This document shows, one piece after another, positions 55,451 through 63,441 of a stretch of DNA of 64,000 nt (the stretch's first letter is position 1; every line of letters starts with the position of its first letter). Both the position numbers and the translations under genes were made by a program. Source of the stretch: a virus. The stretch lies in IMG/VR virus record IMGVR_UViG_3300045988_028354, one strand, 5' to 3'. Under the pieces are notes generated by a model. It searched no databases. It was given only the letters and a program-made list of their open reading frames with translations, and was not told the DNA's origin.

Positions 55451-55483
55451 AGGCCCAGTATGATTTTGTTTTATACTGGGCTT
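55451..55483 (-). terminator. stem-loop at operon end
   Basis: gcccagtat / atactgggc, a 9-bp stem, 35 nt after the stop at 55518. Confidence 0.6.
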
Positions 55484-55517
55484 TAGTATTTATTTTGATA
55501 TTTGTTTTTGTTTGGGG

Positions 55518-55700
55518 TTAGGTGTATCTTAGGATTACAGTTTCTAATAGGATTAGTAGGATTATCTGTAGACCTTGTAGGATTAAGTATATGTATTTTT
55601 GTTTGTTGGTGGGGTTTGGTATTTGATGGTATATCTTATCCCTGTGGGTTAATGATAACCAGGTATATAAGATTACTGGGATTAGTAGTAGGGTTTTCAT
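55518..55700 (-). CDS. 60-aa two-TM membrane protein
   Basis: Its ATG overlaps the TGA of the preceding micro-ORF (ATGA). Followed by a terminator. Confidence 0.45.
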   Translation of the reverse strand: MKTLLLIPVILYTWLSLTHRDKIYHQIPNPTNKQKYIYLILQGLQIILLILLETVILRYT

Positions 55701-55861
55701 TTCCTTTTCTGTTTTAATTTGTTTTGGGTACGTAGGTGCTTGTTGAAGGTTGCACCTGAGTCCGTGTAGTAATTGGGGTTTGGTTTACCTGGAGTAGGAA
55801 AGTGTTCATTCCATTTATCCTGGTGAGGTATGTATACTTGGTTCTTGGATTTCTTTTTCAT
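55697..55861 (-). CDS. 54-aa basic protein (below track threshold)
   Basis: Hand translation MKKKSKNQVYIPHQDKWNEHFPTPGKPNPNYYTDSGATFNKHLRTQNKLKQKRK. ATGA overlaps at both ends. Confidence 0.45.
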   Translation of the reverse strand: MKKKSKNQVYIPHQDKWNEHFPTPGKPNPNYYTDSGATFNKHLRTQNKLKQKRK

Positions 55862-56106
55862 AGGTCTAATATTGCGGTTTTGAATCCTATTGATGTTAGT
55901 TCTTGGGTTTGGATATGTACGATTTCGAAGTATTCCTTGATACCTTGTAGAGAATAGAATTGTAATACTCCTCCGTCTCCATATTCAGCATTTACCTGGT
56001 CTATGATTTCCTCATAAGCCTTGTCTTGGTTATCATTTAGTGAATGGTAGATATCTTGGACTTGGCCCTCTTCTACGATTACTAAGGTTGTGATTTTTAG
56101 TTTCAT
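55858..56106 (-). CDS. hypothetical early protein
   Basis: 4-nt overlap chain. Confidence 0.6.
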   Translation of the reverse strand: MKLKITTLVIVEEGQVQDIYHSLNDNQDKAYEEIIDQVNAEYGDGGVLQFYSLQGIKEYFEIVHIQTQELTSIGFKTAILDL

Positions 56107-56366
56107 TTTCCGTAATGTTTTAGTTCTTGGTTATACTCTGGGTATTTTTTCTCGTAGTAGTCATAGAGATATTGGTATTCGTCATCTCCTGACCAGCAAT
56201 CAAGGAAGTAATCATATTGGTCCTCGGTTGCCTGTGATGGGTGTATGTGCAATGTATACTTGCAGTAGTGTTCCCATACTGTTTTAGGTTGGAATTTATT
56301 GGTAGGGAAAGCCATGACTACTAGAGCCATGGCAATTGATGTTAGGATTATAAGTTTAGTTCTCAT
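56103..56366 (-). CDS. small secreted/membrane-anchored protein
   Basis: N-terminal signal-like MRTKLIILTSIAMALVVMAFP. Confidence 0.6.
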   Translation of the reverse strand: MRTKLIILTSIAMALVVMAFPTNKFQPKTVWEHYCKYTLHIHPSQATEDQYDYFLDCWSGDDEYQYLYDYYEKKYPEYNQELKHYGK

Positions 56367-56869
56367 TTGATAAGGGATTTGAAAAAGTTGATAGTATTTT
56401 CAGTGAAAGTGTAAAGAGTTTCTGGTTTTTCGAGAAAGTTAAGGTAATATTCGATTTCCTCGGCATGTTCTTCCTCGTTGAAATTATCCTTGTAGTATTG
56501 GAATTTTTCCATGATAAGTGGTTTGTATTTTTCCTGTTCAAGGATAAGAGTTGCACCGTAGAGTACCATGTCTACTTCGTCTACGTTATAATCGAAGTAT
56601 TGGTCATCGCAGCCTCTGAGCAAATCCATTTGATTGAGGATTTCCATTAGGTCAAGTTCCAGGGATTCCTTATCGGCATAGGTATATACCCAGAGCATTT
56701 CGAGTGAATAATCCGATATCTCCTCGTAATGTGGGTCATCCTCGGCAATTTCGAAGTCATATGTATTTTGAGCATGTGACATAGGCATTTGACCTTGGAT
56801 AGAGATAATATGATAGGGATTTTGTGCAATGATTGATGCAAGAACTGAGGTTGAATTTAATGTTGTCAT
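56363..56869 (-). CDS. strongly acidic hypothetical early protein
   Basis: 168 aa, D/E-rich. Confidence 0.6.
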   Translation of the reverse strand: MTTLNSTSVLASIIAQNPYHIISIQGQMPMSHAQNTYDFEIAEDDPHYEEISDYSLEMLWVYTYADKESLELDLMEILNQMDLLRGCDDQYFDYNVDEVDMVLYGATLILEQEKYKPLIMEKFQYYKDNFNEEEHAEEIEYYLNFLEKPETLYTFTENTINFFKSLIK

Positions 56870-56896
56870 GATGTTATAAGTTTTTATTGGTTAATA

Positions 56897-57142
56897 TTAA
56901 TTGTTAGCGATTTGATTGTTGAATGTTGTTTGGTCATCGGCATCAGGCCAACCCATGGATTCCTCCATGTATTCGGTAGTATAATCGATAATGGTTGCAG
57001 CATCGTCTTTGTTAATTGTAGCAACCTCGGCTTCGATTTCCCGTTGGATTTGGTCGTAGTGATAAGCAAATGACCTCCGTATGCGTGCAGCAATTCCGGG
57101 GTATTTTTTAAATAATTCGATTAATTTACTTTCTTCATTCAT
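56897..57142 (-). CDS. acidic hypothetical early protein
   Basis: The track start (57169) lies inside the -7 box. The ATG at 57142 (MNEESK...) is 25 nt downstream of it. Confidence 0.55.
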   Translation of the reverse strand: MNEESKLIELFKKYPGIAARIRRSFAYHYDQIQREIEAEVATINKDDAATIIDYTTEYMEESMGWPDADDQTTFNNQIANN

Positions 57143-57166
57143 AACGTCTATTTTTAAATGTTTATG

Positions 57167-57198
57167 CAAATATAAGAATAATATTTTAAATATGCAAT
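57167..57198 (-). promoter_or_regulatory. Bacteroidota-type promoter ATTG-N20-TATATTTG
   Basis: caaatata at 57167-57174 and caat at 57195-57198. Confidence 0.6.
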
Positions 57199-57210
57199 AA
57201 CCCCGATTAC

Positions 57211-57441
57211 TTACTGGAGCCTTATAAGGTCAACTATTTCGATGGAAGAGTATGGCATACCTATAAGTTCTGAGATTATCCTTTTAGTATGATATACATG
57301 AAGGTGGTTAGGATTTAGTTTTACCCTTGGGAATATTAAGTATGGCCTTAGTTCCTCAGTTCTATAGGTTATGATTAATTCTTCGCAGAACTTTTCGTTT
57401 TGGCAATCAAAGGATACTAAAAATTTGGACTGTTCTAGCAT
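57211..57441 (-). CDS. hypothetical early protein
   Basis: The track start is TTG 57459; the first ATG is at 57441. Confidence 0.5.
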   Translation of the reverse strand: MLEQSKFLVSFDCQNEKFCEELIITYRTEELRPYLIFPRVKLNPNHLHVYHTKRIISELIGMPYSSIEIVDLIRLQ

Positions 57442-57499
57442 ACTATTAATATTAAGCAATGAGTATTCTCATAAGTTAAAGGTTCTTCGCTAGTAGGAT

Positions 57500-57534
57500 G
57501 GGAGGATGCACCCATTATTAGGATAATTCCTCCC
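57500..57534 (-). terminator. stem-loop gggagga ... tcctccc
   Basis: 7-bp GC-rich stem after the stop at 57556. Large loop. Confidence 0.35.
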
Positions 57535-57555
57535 ATGACTAAGATAAGTATAATA

Positions 57556-57873
57556 TTAGGCTTCATGTGATTCACGATGGGTACATAAGTCCTCAATTAA
57601 GTCTTCGACAGTATCCTCCCAGGAATCATATCCATCAAGGTTGTATTCGGCAATGAAGGTAAAGAATGTATCTCCAAATAATAATCGTAAGACTTTGTCT
57701 GTTAGGGTTTCGTCTTCGTCATATAGTTTGTTCTCTTCCTCATTGGAAAGTTCTGTATCTCCATTTAGGATAACCGAGATTTGTTGCAGTCTGAGTAAAT
57801 ACCCATTAAGAGTATCAAGGTCCTCTTTAGACCTTGTCTCTTGGAATTTAAGATAAGTCTTTGATGGTGTCAT
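57556..57873 (-). CDS. strongly acidic hypothetical early protein
   Basis: 105 aa. About 26 D/E versus 9 K/R by hand count. Confidence 0.6.
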   Translation of the reverse strand: MTPSKTYLKFQETRSKEDLDTLNGYLLRLQQISVILNGDTELSNEEENKLYDEDETLTDKVLRLLFGDTFFTFIAEYNLDGYDSWEDTVEDLIEDLCTHRESHEA

Positions 57874-57875
57874 AG

Positions 57876-58301
57876 TTAGTCCTCCTCTGATTTAATTTGT
57901 TGATTCAAGGGTATGTATGGTTCAGCAGGTAATTCTTCAGCAAGTACTGATATGAATCCTTCCGGGTATAAGGTATATAAGATTCGATATCCATAATCTG
58001 AATGTGGCAAGAATACATCCATAATGTTTTTGAGTAATGGGTATAGCTTCCATTGGTTATCCTCTAGGAATCGTTTCCATTCATCCATTTCGCTAGCATC
58101 ATAGTTAGCAGTTAATTGAATGTGATAACGTTGTGTTTCCGTATCGATTGGGATAAATAGGTTGGTGACTACCTCAATTTCGTTTGAAGGCTTTTTGTAT
58201 TGAGTAATTGGATACCAGATACCTTCGTTTTTCCATTGATTGAGCTGGAATATTGTCATCCCAGATTCAAGTAAGTTGGTGAGTTTGTAAAGATTAACCA
58301 T
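57876..58301 (-). CDS. hypothetical early protein
   Basis: First gene after the promoter at 58348. Confidence 0.6.
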   Translation of the reverse strand: MVNLYKLTNLLESGMTIFQLNQWKNEGIWYPITQYKKPSNEIEVVTNLFIPIDTETQRYHIQLTANYDASEMDEWKRFLEDNQWKLYPLLKNIMDVFLPHSDYGYRILYTLYPEGFISVLAEELPAEPYIPLNQQIKSEED

Positions 58302-58347
58302 GTTGTTGTCTATTTTAAAATGAATAAATATATTTTATTTCTCATTA

Positions 58348-58379
58348 CAAAGATAAGAATAATAAATAATATATGCAAA
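58348..58379 (-). promoter_or_regulatory. Bacteroidota-type promoter TTTG-N20-TATCTTTG
   Basis: caaagata at 58348-58355 and caaa at 58376-58379. Confidence 0.6.
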
Positions 58380-58391
58380 TATAACTGAGGT

Positions 58392-58428
58392 AGAGGCAGG
58401 CTCTTAGTTAGGTTAGAGTCCTGCCTCT
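58392..58428 (-). terminator. stem-loop agaggcagg / cctgcctct
   Basis: 9-bp stem, 24 nt after the stop at 58452. Confidence 0.55.
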
Positions 58429-58451
58429 GGGATAGATATGAAAACAACTGG

Positions 58452-58874
58452 TTAATCGTCGTTAAGGGAACCCTCATTTAAAGTTTCATTAAGTACCTCA
58501 TTAAGGAGTTCTGCACGTTGTTCTTTTGATAGGCCATCCAGTGTTCCTTTGATTCTCTCCTTTAATGCCTTTTTAAGAGTATTTTGGTACTGATTGATAA
58601 AGGTAATTGAAGAGATTGGTACTGGTATGAGTACTCTCATTTGTGTAGTATGATTACATCTGTCAAGTAATTCTGATAACTCTTTACGGTTATCCAAAGA
58701 ATGTTGAATAACCATGGCAATTACATCTGGTTGTTGAACATCGGTACATCCAGAAGCATAGCGTACGATTCTATCAAATGTTGACTCGGTAATGTCAAAT
58801 GGCATTCCGTTTAAAAATGGTTCCTTGAAGTCAGGGTCCATGGTCTCTGTTTCTAAAATAGCTCTAATTGTCAT
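58452..58874 (-). CDS. hypothetical early protein
   Basis: 4-nt overlap chain. Confidence 0.6.
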   Translation of the reverse strand: MTIRAILETETMDPDFKEPFLNGMPFDITESTFDRIVRYASGCTDVQQPDVIAMVIQHSLDNRKELSELLDRCNHTTQMRVLIPVPISSITFINQYQNTLKKALKERIKGTLDGLSKEQRAELLNEVLNETLNEGSLNDD

Positions 58875-59053
58875 TCTTCTACTTCTCCTATGTTGTTAGC
58901 AAGTAAATAATCGTAGTACAAGTGTACGTTAGTATCTCCATAAGTCCTAATATAGGATTCAGCATCCTCTGGGTCTGCTGAGACCCAGGGATATTCTTGT
59001 ATCTGTGCCTGGTGTAATTGTAAGGCCAGAGATTTTAATTCTTCTTTGTTCAT
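58871..59053 (-). CDS. small acidic hypothetical protein
   Basis: 4-nt overlaps on both sides. Confidence 0.5.
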   Translation of the reverse strand: MNKEELKSLALQLHQAQIQEYPWVSADPEDAESYIRTYGDTNVHLYYDYLLANNIGEVEE

Positions 59054-59430
59054 GATATTCTGAAATTAAGTTGGTAAATCCAATTGTTTTTATCCAGCTT
59101 GGTGAACGAGATAAATATAGCATCACCATCGGTAAAGCTTTGCATAAATTTAATGCAGCCATCGGCAATGAGGTTTTCTCTTTGTCTATCTACTGTAATT
59201 AGGCTTTCAAATGTGAAAGTATAATAGCAGGTTTCGTATGCCCAGATTTGATTGATATCAATGCAGGCCAATTGATAGTTATCGTATATCTTACTGAGCA
59301 GTTCAAATAAGATATCCTTTAGGTTCTCGTTTTCCTCTTCTGTAAGAGAGAAAGTGTTTTTGTTAGCAAGGAATCTTTTAAGTACCTCGTCCAAGTTCTG
59401 GATAGAGGATTTAGATGTTGTTGTTTTCAT
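59050..59430 (-). CDS. hypothetical early protein
   Basis: ATG 27 nt downstream of the -7 box. Confidence 0.6.
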   Translation of the reverse strand: MKTTTSKSSIQNLDEVLKRFLANKNTFSLTEEENENLKDILFELLSKIYDNYQLACIDINQIWAYETCYYTFTFESLITVDRQRENLIADGCIKFMQSFTDGDAIFISFTKLDKNNWIYQLNFRIS

Positions 59431-59456
59431 ATTTTTATTGTTTAATTATTACACTA

Positions 59457-59464
59457 CAAATATA
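59457..59464 (-). promoter_or_regulatory. -7 box TATATTTG (no well-spaced -33)
   Basis: caaatata on the plus strand. Confidence 0.45.
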
Positions 59465-59533
59465 AGCATTTTATTTTAAATATTACTTTATTCATGCAAT
59501 TATTTTTAAATAGCTGAGGTTCTGCACACAAGA

Positions 59534-59558
59534 AAAGGCAGTTGGTTAGACTGCCTTT
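59534..59558 (-). terminator. stem-loop aaaggcagt / actgccttt
   Basis: 9-bp stem followed by a T-rich run on the minus strand. Confidence 0.6.
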
Positions 59559-59575
59559 GATTCATTGTTTGGTTA

Positions 59576-60007
59576 TTAATCCCGAGGATAAGGTTTCTTC
59601 TTTTTGAAAGGTTTTACTTCCCGGGTAACTTCTTGTTTATAGAAAGCATCAATGTTTGAATGAAGCATTTCTATTGTCTCCGGGGTTATTGTATCCTTTG
59701 AACTGTATAGAGTTTCGTAGATACTTTCCCATAGTTCATTTACCAGATGCTTTCTAATGTCTTCTTTGACATCAGATTCTGGTTCAAACTTGATAGCAAC
59801 TGTAACATGGTCAATGTGATCTCCTTCTAATAGAAGACCTTTGAATCTGGATAGGTCATCAGGAGCATTTAGGTTATCGTTCAGGAACCTTTCTATGCAC
59901 ATATCGCCTCGCATTAATTGTGAGGCATGTTCTGCTGAGATAGGGAATTCCTCTATGCCGAACATAGAATTTTCATTGTCTTCTGAGGTAAATACGATTT
60001 TTAGCAT
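59576..60007 (-). CDS. hypothetical early protein (acidic)
   Basis: 1-nt overlap with the upstream gene. Confidence 0.6.
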   Translation of the reverse strand: MLKIVFTSEDNENSMFGIEEFPISAEHASQLMRGDMCIERFLNDNLNAPDDLSRFKGLLLEGDHIDHVTVAIKFEPESDVKEDIRKHLVNELWESIYETLYSSKDTITPETIEMLHSNIDAFYKQEVTREVKPFKKKKPYPRD

Positions 60008-60474
60008 TATATTTTTGTTTTTAAACGGTTAATGACTTCTTTGTAGAATTGATTTATGAACTCAGGTTCAGGAGTTGAAGAACCTGGGTTAAGTTGTCTC
60101 CAATGGAATCTCACGCTGTTCTTTATTTCAAGGGCAAGATTATTAGCAGCTAAATCAAAGGCATCGTTGTATTGAACAATCTGTAAGAGATTGCTTACGC
60201 ATTTGCTAGCATCTCCCAATGGTATGGCTTGTTCAATCATTTCGAATCCGTCTTCGTAAATCTCTACTGTATCAATGTAAATGTCATCTATATGGTTAAG
60301 AGCATTGATTAGGTCTACCGTATTAACGGTATCATCATCGTCCAGTTCATTGGTAATTCTGAAGGCTTGGATAAAAGCATCTAGGATTCCCTGCATATCG
60401 GGGTCCTGTTCCTTAAGTGGAATACGTCTAATGATTCCAACTTGTTCGAAGGTTAAGTAATACTTGGTTTGCAT
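60007..60474 (-). CDS. hypothetical early protein (acidic)
   Basis: ATG 35 nt downstream of the -7 box. Confidence 0.6.
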   Translation of the reverse strand: MQTKYYLTFEQVGIIRRIPLKEQDPDMQGILDAFIQAFRITNELDDDDTVNTVDLINALNHIDDIYIDTVEIYEDGFEMIEQAIPLGDASKCVSNLLQIVQYNDAFDLAANNLALEIKNSVRFHWRQLNPGSSTPEPEFINQFYKEVINRLKTKI

Positions 60475-60508
60475 GGTTATAAAATTTTAATAGTTTATTA
60501 ATTCATTA

Positions 60509-60539
60509 CAAATATAAGAAATATATTTATATCTGCAAA
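60509..60539 (-). promoter_or_regulatory. Bacteroidota-type promoter TTTG-N19-TATATTTG
   Basis: caaatata at 60509-60516 and caaa at 60536-60539. Confidence 0.6.
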
Positions 60540-60562
60540 AGAATTAATAAACTATTTAATAA

Positions 60563-60883
60563 TTACTGGGGTAGAGCCCGGAATCTGTTTAAGTCCCAAT
60601 CGTACTTTCTGTCTCCCTTATTAGTAAATACCCAAAGGTAATGGTCTTTGTATTCCTTTGATATGGTATTATACTTAGAGGTCTGAATGATGATACGATT
60701 TGGTTCGTATTCAAGTAATTCTGCATGTACTGTAGATACATGATGACTTTCAAGATTAAGTTTGGCCTTGAAGTCTTTAAGGAACTCATCTCGGTTTACA
60801 CCATAGTTATCTCCCACGAATTTAATGTAATCGTCCTCTACCTGTTCTAACATGGTAGATACCTTGAATCTAAACTTGTTCAT
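60563..60883 (-). CDS. hypothetical early protein (start uncertain)
   Basis: The track start 60940 is TTG. ATG options are at 60931, 60883 and 60853. The upstream gene stops at 60870. Confidence 0.5.
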   Translation of the reverse strand: MNKFRFKVSTMLEQVEDDYIKFVGDNYGVNRDEFLKDFKAKLNLESHHVSTVHAELLEYEPNRIIIQTSKYNTISKEYKDHYLWVFTNKGDRKYDWDLNRFRALPQ

Positions 60884-61553
60884 CTTTGTTATTTTTAAGG
60901 GTTCGTAATTTCTCTTTGAGTTCTTCAGCATATCTTTCAAGGATATTACTTACTACTACCAAGCAATCTTCATCTGCAAATGACATAATGATATCCATAC
61001 ATTCATCAAAGTAGTTTCCGATTGATTGAGGATTATTCCAAAGTACATCCCAGTTCTTGCAATAATTAAACCGGATAATATCTACGTATTCATTTACTGA
61101 TACCTTACTATCTGGTAAATATGGATATACCTTTGAATACATAGATTTAAAATTATCCTCAATCTCCTCATTCAATCTAAACTCTTTTGGTAGAGCCTCA
61201 TAGTAAGACATATCTGGAATGTAGAATTGGTAAGCAAATTCCTTATCTGTCTGTGCCTCAATTCCCGGGTATGAATTAGCAAATAATACTGGTATTTTAT
61301 AGAGCAATAAGTCTGGTACTCTATCATATACCTTGTAATGGTCTTGGTATTCTTTGTACGCATTAACATATACCCGGTCATCGTATATATGAAGTTCATT
61401 GAGTATCGTTTGAACTCTTGAATGAAAGTCTTCTAACTCGAAGTGCATAGCAATGTTAAAGGTATCTTCCATACCCTCTAATTTTTGTAGAGTAATAAGT
61501 CTACGGCTTTTGATTACTCTGATTTTCTTTTTCTTTCTGAATAAGTTGAACAT
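60870..61553 (-). CDS. hypothetical early protein
   Basis: 227-aa ORF. Confidence 0.6.
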   Translation of the reverse strand: MFNLFRKKKKIRVIKSRRLITLQKLEGMEDTFNIAMHFELEDFHSRVQTILNELHIYDDRVYVNAYKEYQDHYKVYDRVPDLLLYKIPVLFANSYPGIEAQTDKEFAYQFYIPDMSYYEALPKEFRLNEEIEDNFKSMYSKVYPYLPDSKVSVNEYVDIIRFNYCKNWDVLWNNPQSIGNYFDECMDIIMSFADEDCLVVVSNILERYAEELKEKLRTLKNNKDEQV

Positions 61554-61556
61554 GTG

Positions 61557-61772
61557 TTAAAATGTAAAGTTAATATATACGTCCTGAGAACCTTTCATGA
61601 ATTTCTCATGGTTGGTATCATCGAATTTAAAGCAAGAATATTTGCCTAATGAGCGTTCATATTCTCCTCTTACCCATACTGGTGCAGTAGTAGTGGGTTT
61701 AAGTTTAAAGTAAGTACCTTGATTGATGTTCTTAATCTTGGTCTTTTTACATTCGGGGTCTAATGTTTCCAT
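61557..61772 (-). CDS. small hypothetical early protein
   Basis: ATG 29 nt downstream of the -7 box. Confidence 0.55.
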   Translation of the reverse strand: METLDPECKKTKIKNINQGTYFKLKPTTTAPVWVRGEYERSLGKYSCFKFDDTNHEKFMKGSQDVYINFTF

Positions 61773-61800
61773 ATATTTGTCTATTTTTAAAATTGATATG

Positions 61801-61832
61801 CAAATATAATACTTTTAAATTTAATATGCAAA
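61801..61832 (-). promoter_or_regulatory. Bacteroidota-type promoter TTTG-N20-TATATTTG
   Basis: caaatata at 61801-61808 and caaa at 61829-61832. Confidence 0.6.
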
Positions 61833-61849
61833 TCCGTATATACACAACT

Positions 61850-61874
61850 GAGGCCACCATTAATAGGTAGCCTC
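61850..61874 (-). terminator. imperfect stem-loop gaggccacc / ggtagcctc
   Basis: 8 of 9 bp pair. Lies 5 nt after the stop at 61879. Confidence 0.45.
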
Positions 61875-61878
61875 TAAG

Positions 61879-62793
61879 TTATTTTCTTTTGTTTAGGAAT
61901 GATGCAGCAAGGGATGTATCTTCTTCTGCTTCTAGTATTTCATCATCCTCTAAGTACCTATCCATCTCTGGGTCATAAGAATCGGTATCAATCCTCATTT
62001 CAATCTCCCTACGCAATTCATGGTGTTCTTTAGAGGATATTTCCATAGCAGCCTTATAGTTATCTGTGATTTGATTGAGTTCTTTCTTATTAAGATTAAG
62101 GCCCTCCTTGGACGTATCTACTCCCTCTTGCTTAGTTGCAACTACTTCTGGCAATGAATTGATATCGTATTTGTCCTCTAAGAGTTTTGCTTCTTCAGTT
62201 TTAGTAAGTACCTTTTGAGATTCTAATACGATAGTTCTTGCTTCCTCTATCGAGATAGTATTCTCAGCATTGAGATTATTCTGTTGATTGAACTGATTGA
62301 AGATATTAGTTGTATTGCCTCCAGTAAGATTACGAATGATTGATTGTAATGATGTAGAAGATTCCAACTTGAGCTTCAATGTCTTATTAACCTCGGACGA
62401 AATGAAAGGAGTATATTTACCTCCTTGGGAATCTCTTAAGATTTGCAACTGGTGAGATATCTCCATTCTATCCTCTAATGCCCATGCTAGTTGTTCTCCC
62501 AATAACGCGTTAAGTAATTCTTCCTGTTTATCTTTATCCCATATTCTAGAAGACAATAATCTGTCTCTCATGAATACTCGTACATATTCTATATCAATCC
62601 CCAATCTATTAGAGAATGAATTGATATCATAGGTTACTCCACACAAAACACCATTACCCATTAACCATTGATTAATAAGGTAATTCTGTACCTTAATCAA
62701 TGCTTCCTCTTCGTGTGTCTTCTGGTATTCTAAAGCCATTGCAGTAGTACCCATAGGACGAGGGAATCTTGTTATCTTATCTTCTTTTGCCAT
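61879..62793 (-). CDS. hypothetical protein with acidic C-terminus
   Basis: 304-aa ORF. Confidence 0.6.
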   Translation of the reverse strand: MAKEDKITRFPRPMGTTAMALEYQKTHEEEALIKVQNYLINQWLMGNGVLCGVTYDINSFSNRLGIDIEYVRVFMRDRLLSSRIWDKDKQEELLNALLGEQLAWALEDRMEISHQLQILRDSQGGKYTPFISSEVNKTLKLKLESSTSLQSIIRNLTGGNTTNIFNQFNQQNNLNAENTISIEEARTIVLESQKVLTKTEEAKLLEDKYDINSLPEVVATKQEGVDTSKEGLNLNKKELNQITDNYKAAMEISSKEHHELRREIEMRIDTDSYDPEMDRYLEDDEILEAEEDTSLAASFLNKRK

Positions 62794-63094
62794 ATAAATA
62801 AGCCTTTCTTATATCTTTAGATTCATCATATCCTACTAGCTCTAACTTATAACATACATAGCAATTAATACTAAGGTTATAGAAATATGCCTTATAGGTT
62901 TTCTTTTTCACTGCCAAATTAAAAGAATCACCAGAGACATAATCCCTGGTGAAAATTAATTTATCACATTTGCCTATCGGAATACTAAGGCAAAGTTTCC
63001 AATCCTTGGCAATAAATTTATTGCCGTGAAGGTCTAGGATTTCCTTTGCCATGACTTCCCTTTTTATAGGTAGATTGTTTTTTGTCTTGTTCAT
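62777..63094 (-). CDS. hypothetical protein (start uncertain)
   Basis: The track start 63121 is TTG. ATG options are at 63094 and 63052. Overlaps the upstream ORF. Confidence 0.45.
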   Translation of the reverse strand: MNKTKNNLPIKREVMAKEILDLHGNKFIAKDWKLCLSIPIGKCDKLIFTRDYVSGDSFNLAVKKKTYKAYFYNLSINCYVCYKLELVGYDESKDIRKAYLYGKRR

Positions 63095-63437
63095 TGAGGT
63101 ATTCCTTCTTCCCTTTTTCAATGAACTGTTGGATATCTGGGAACATCTTTGCTCTTAAAGGTACTACCTGAGTAGCAAAGAAAGCATTCCATAGGTTCTG
63201 TGTAAATCCTTCACCTACTTTAAGCTTGGATATTGCCCAGAATTTACTTTCGAAATTCTTAATGATTTCCTTGAACCGATAATAATATAACTTATGAGTC
63301 TTAGGGTTAATGCCAATGGTAGTAGTTTGGCAATAATCTAGAAACTCTTTACCCAATTCGGAAATAAACTCTTCCCTTTTAAAATCGTAATTCTCTTGGT
63401 CGAGTTTAAATAACTTTACGTAATCTATTGCTTCCAT
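63018..63437 (-). CDS. hypothetical protein
   Basis: 139-aa ORF. Confidence 0.55.
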   Translation of the reverse strand: MEAIDYVKLFKLDQENYDFKREEFISELGKEFLDYCQTTTIGINPKTHKLYYYRFKEIIKNFESKFWAISKLKVGEGFTQNLWNAFFATQVVPLRAKMFPDIQQFIEKGKKEYLNEQDKKQSTYKKGSHGKGNPRPSRQ

Positions 63438-63441
63438 ATAT

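Noticed and set aside
55502-55717. 71-aa plus-strand ORF (G/V/L-rich).
   Set aside because: It is the antisense of the ATGA-coupled minus-strand micro-genes and is built from the TAGGATTA/GGGGTT repeats. It starts at TTG and has no promoter.
55200-55790. G-quadruplex potential of the plus-strand GGGG runs.
   Set aside because: The runs are about 50-150 nt apart, too far for a canonical intramolecular G4.
54904-55860. CRISPR array or tRNA/tmRNA genes in the long non-coding stretch.
   Set aside because: There are no regularly spaced 25-40-bp direct repeats with unique spacers. I found no T-loop (GTTCRAnYC) or cloverleaf-compatible segments by eye here or in other gaps. A proper tRNAscan/Infernal run is still advisable.
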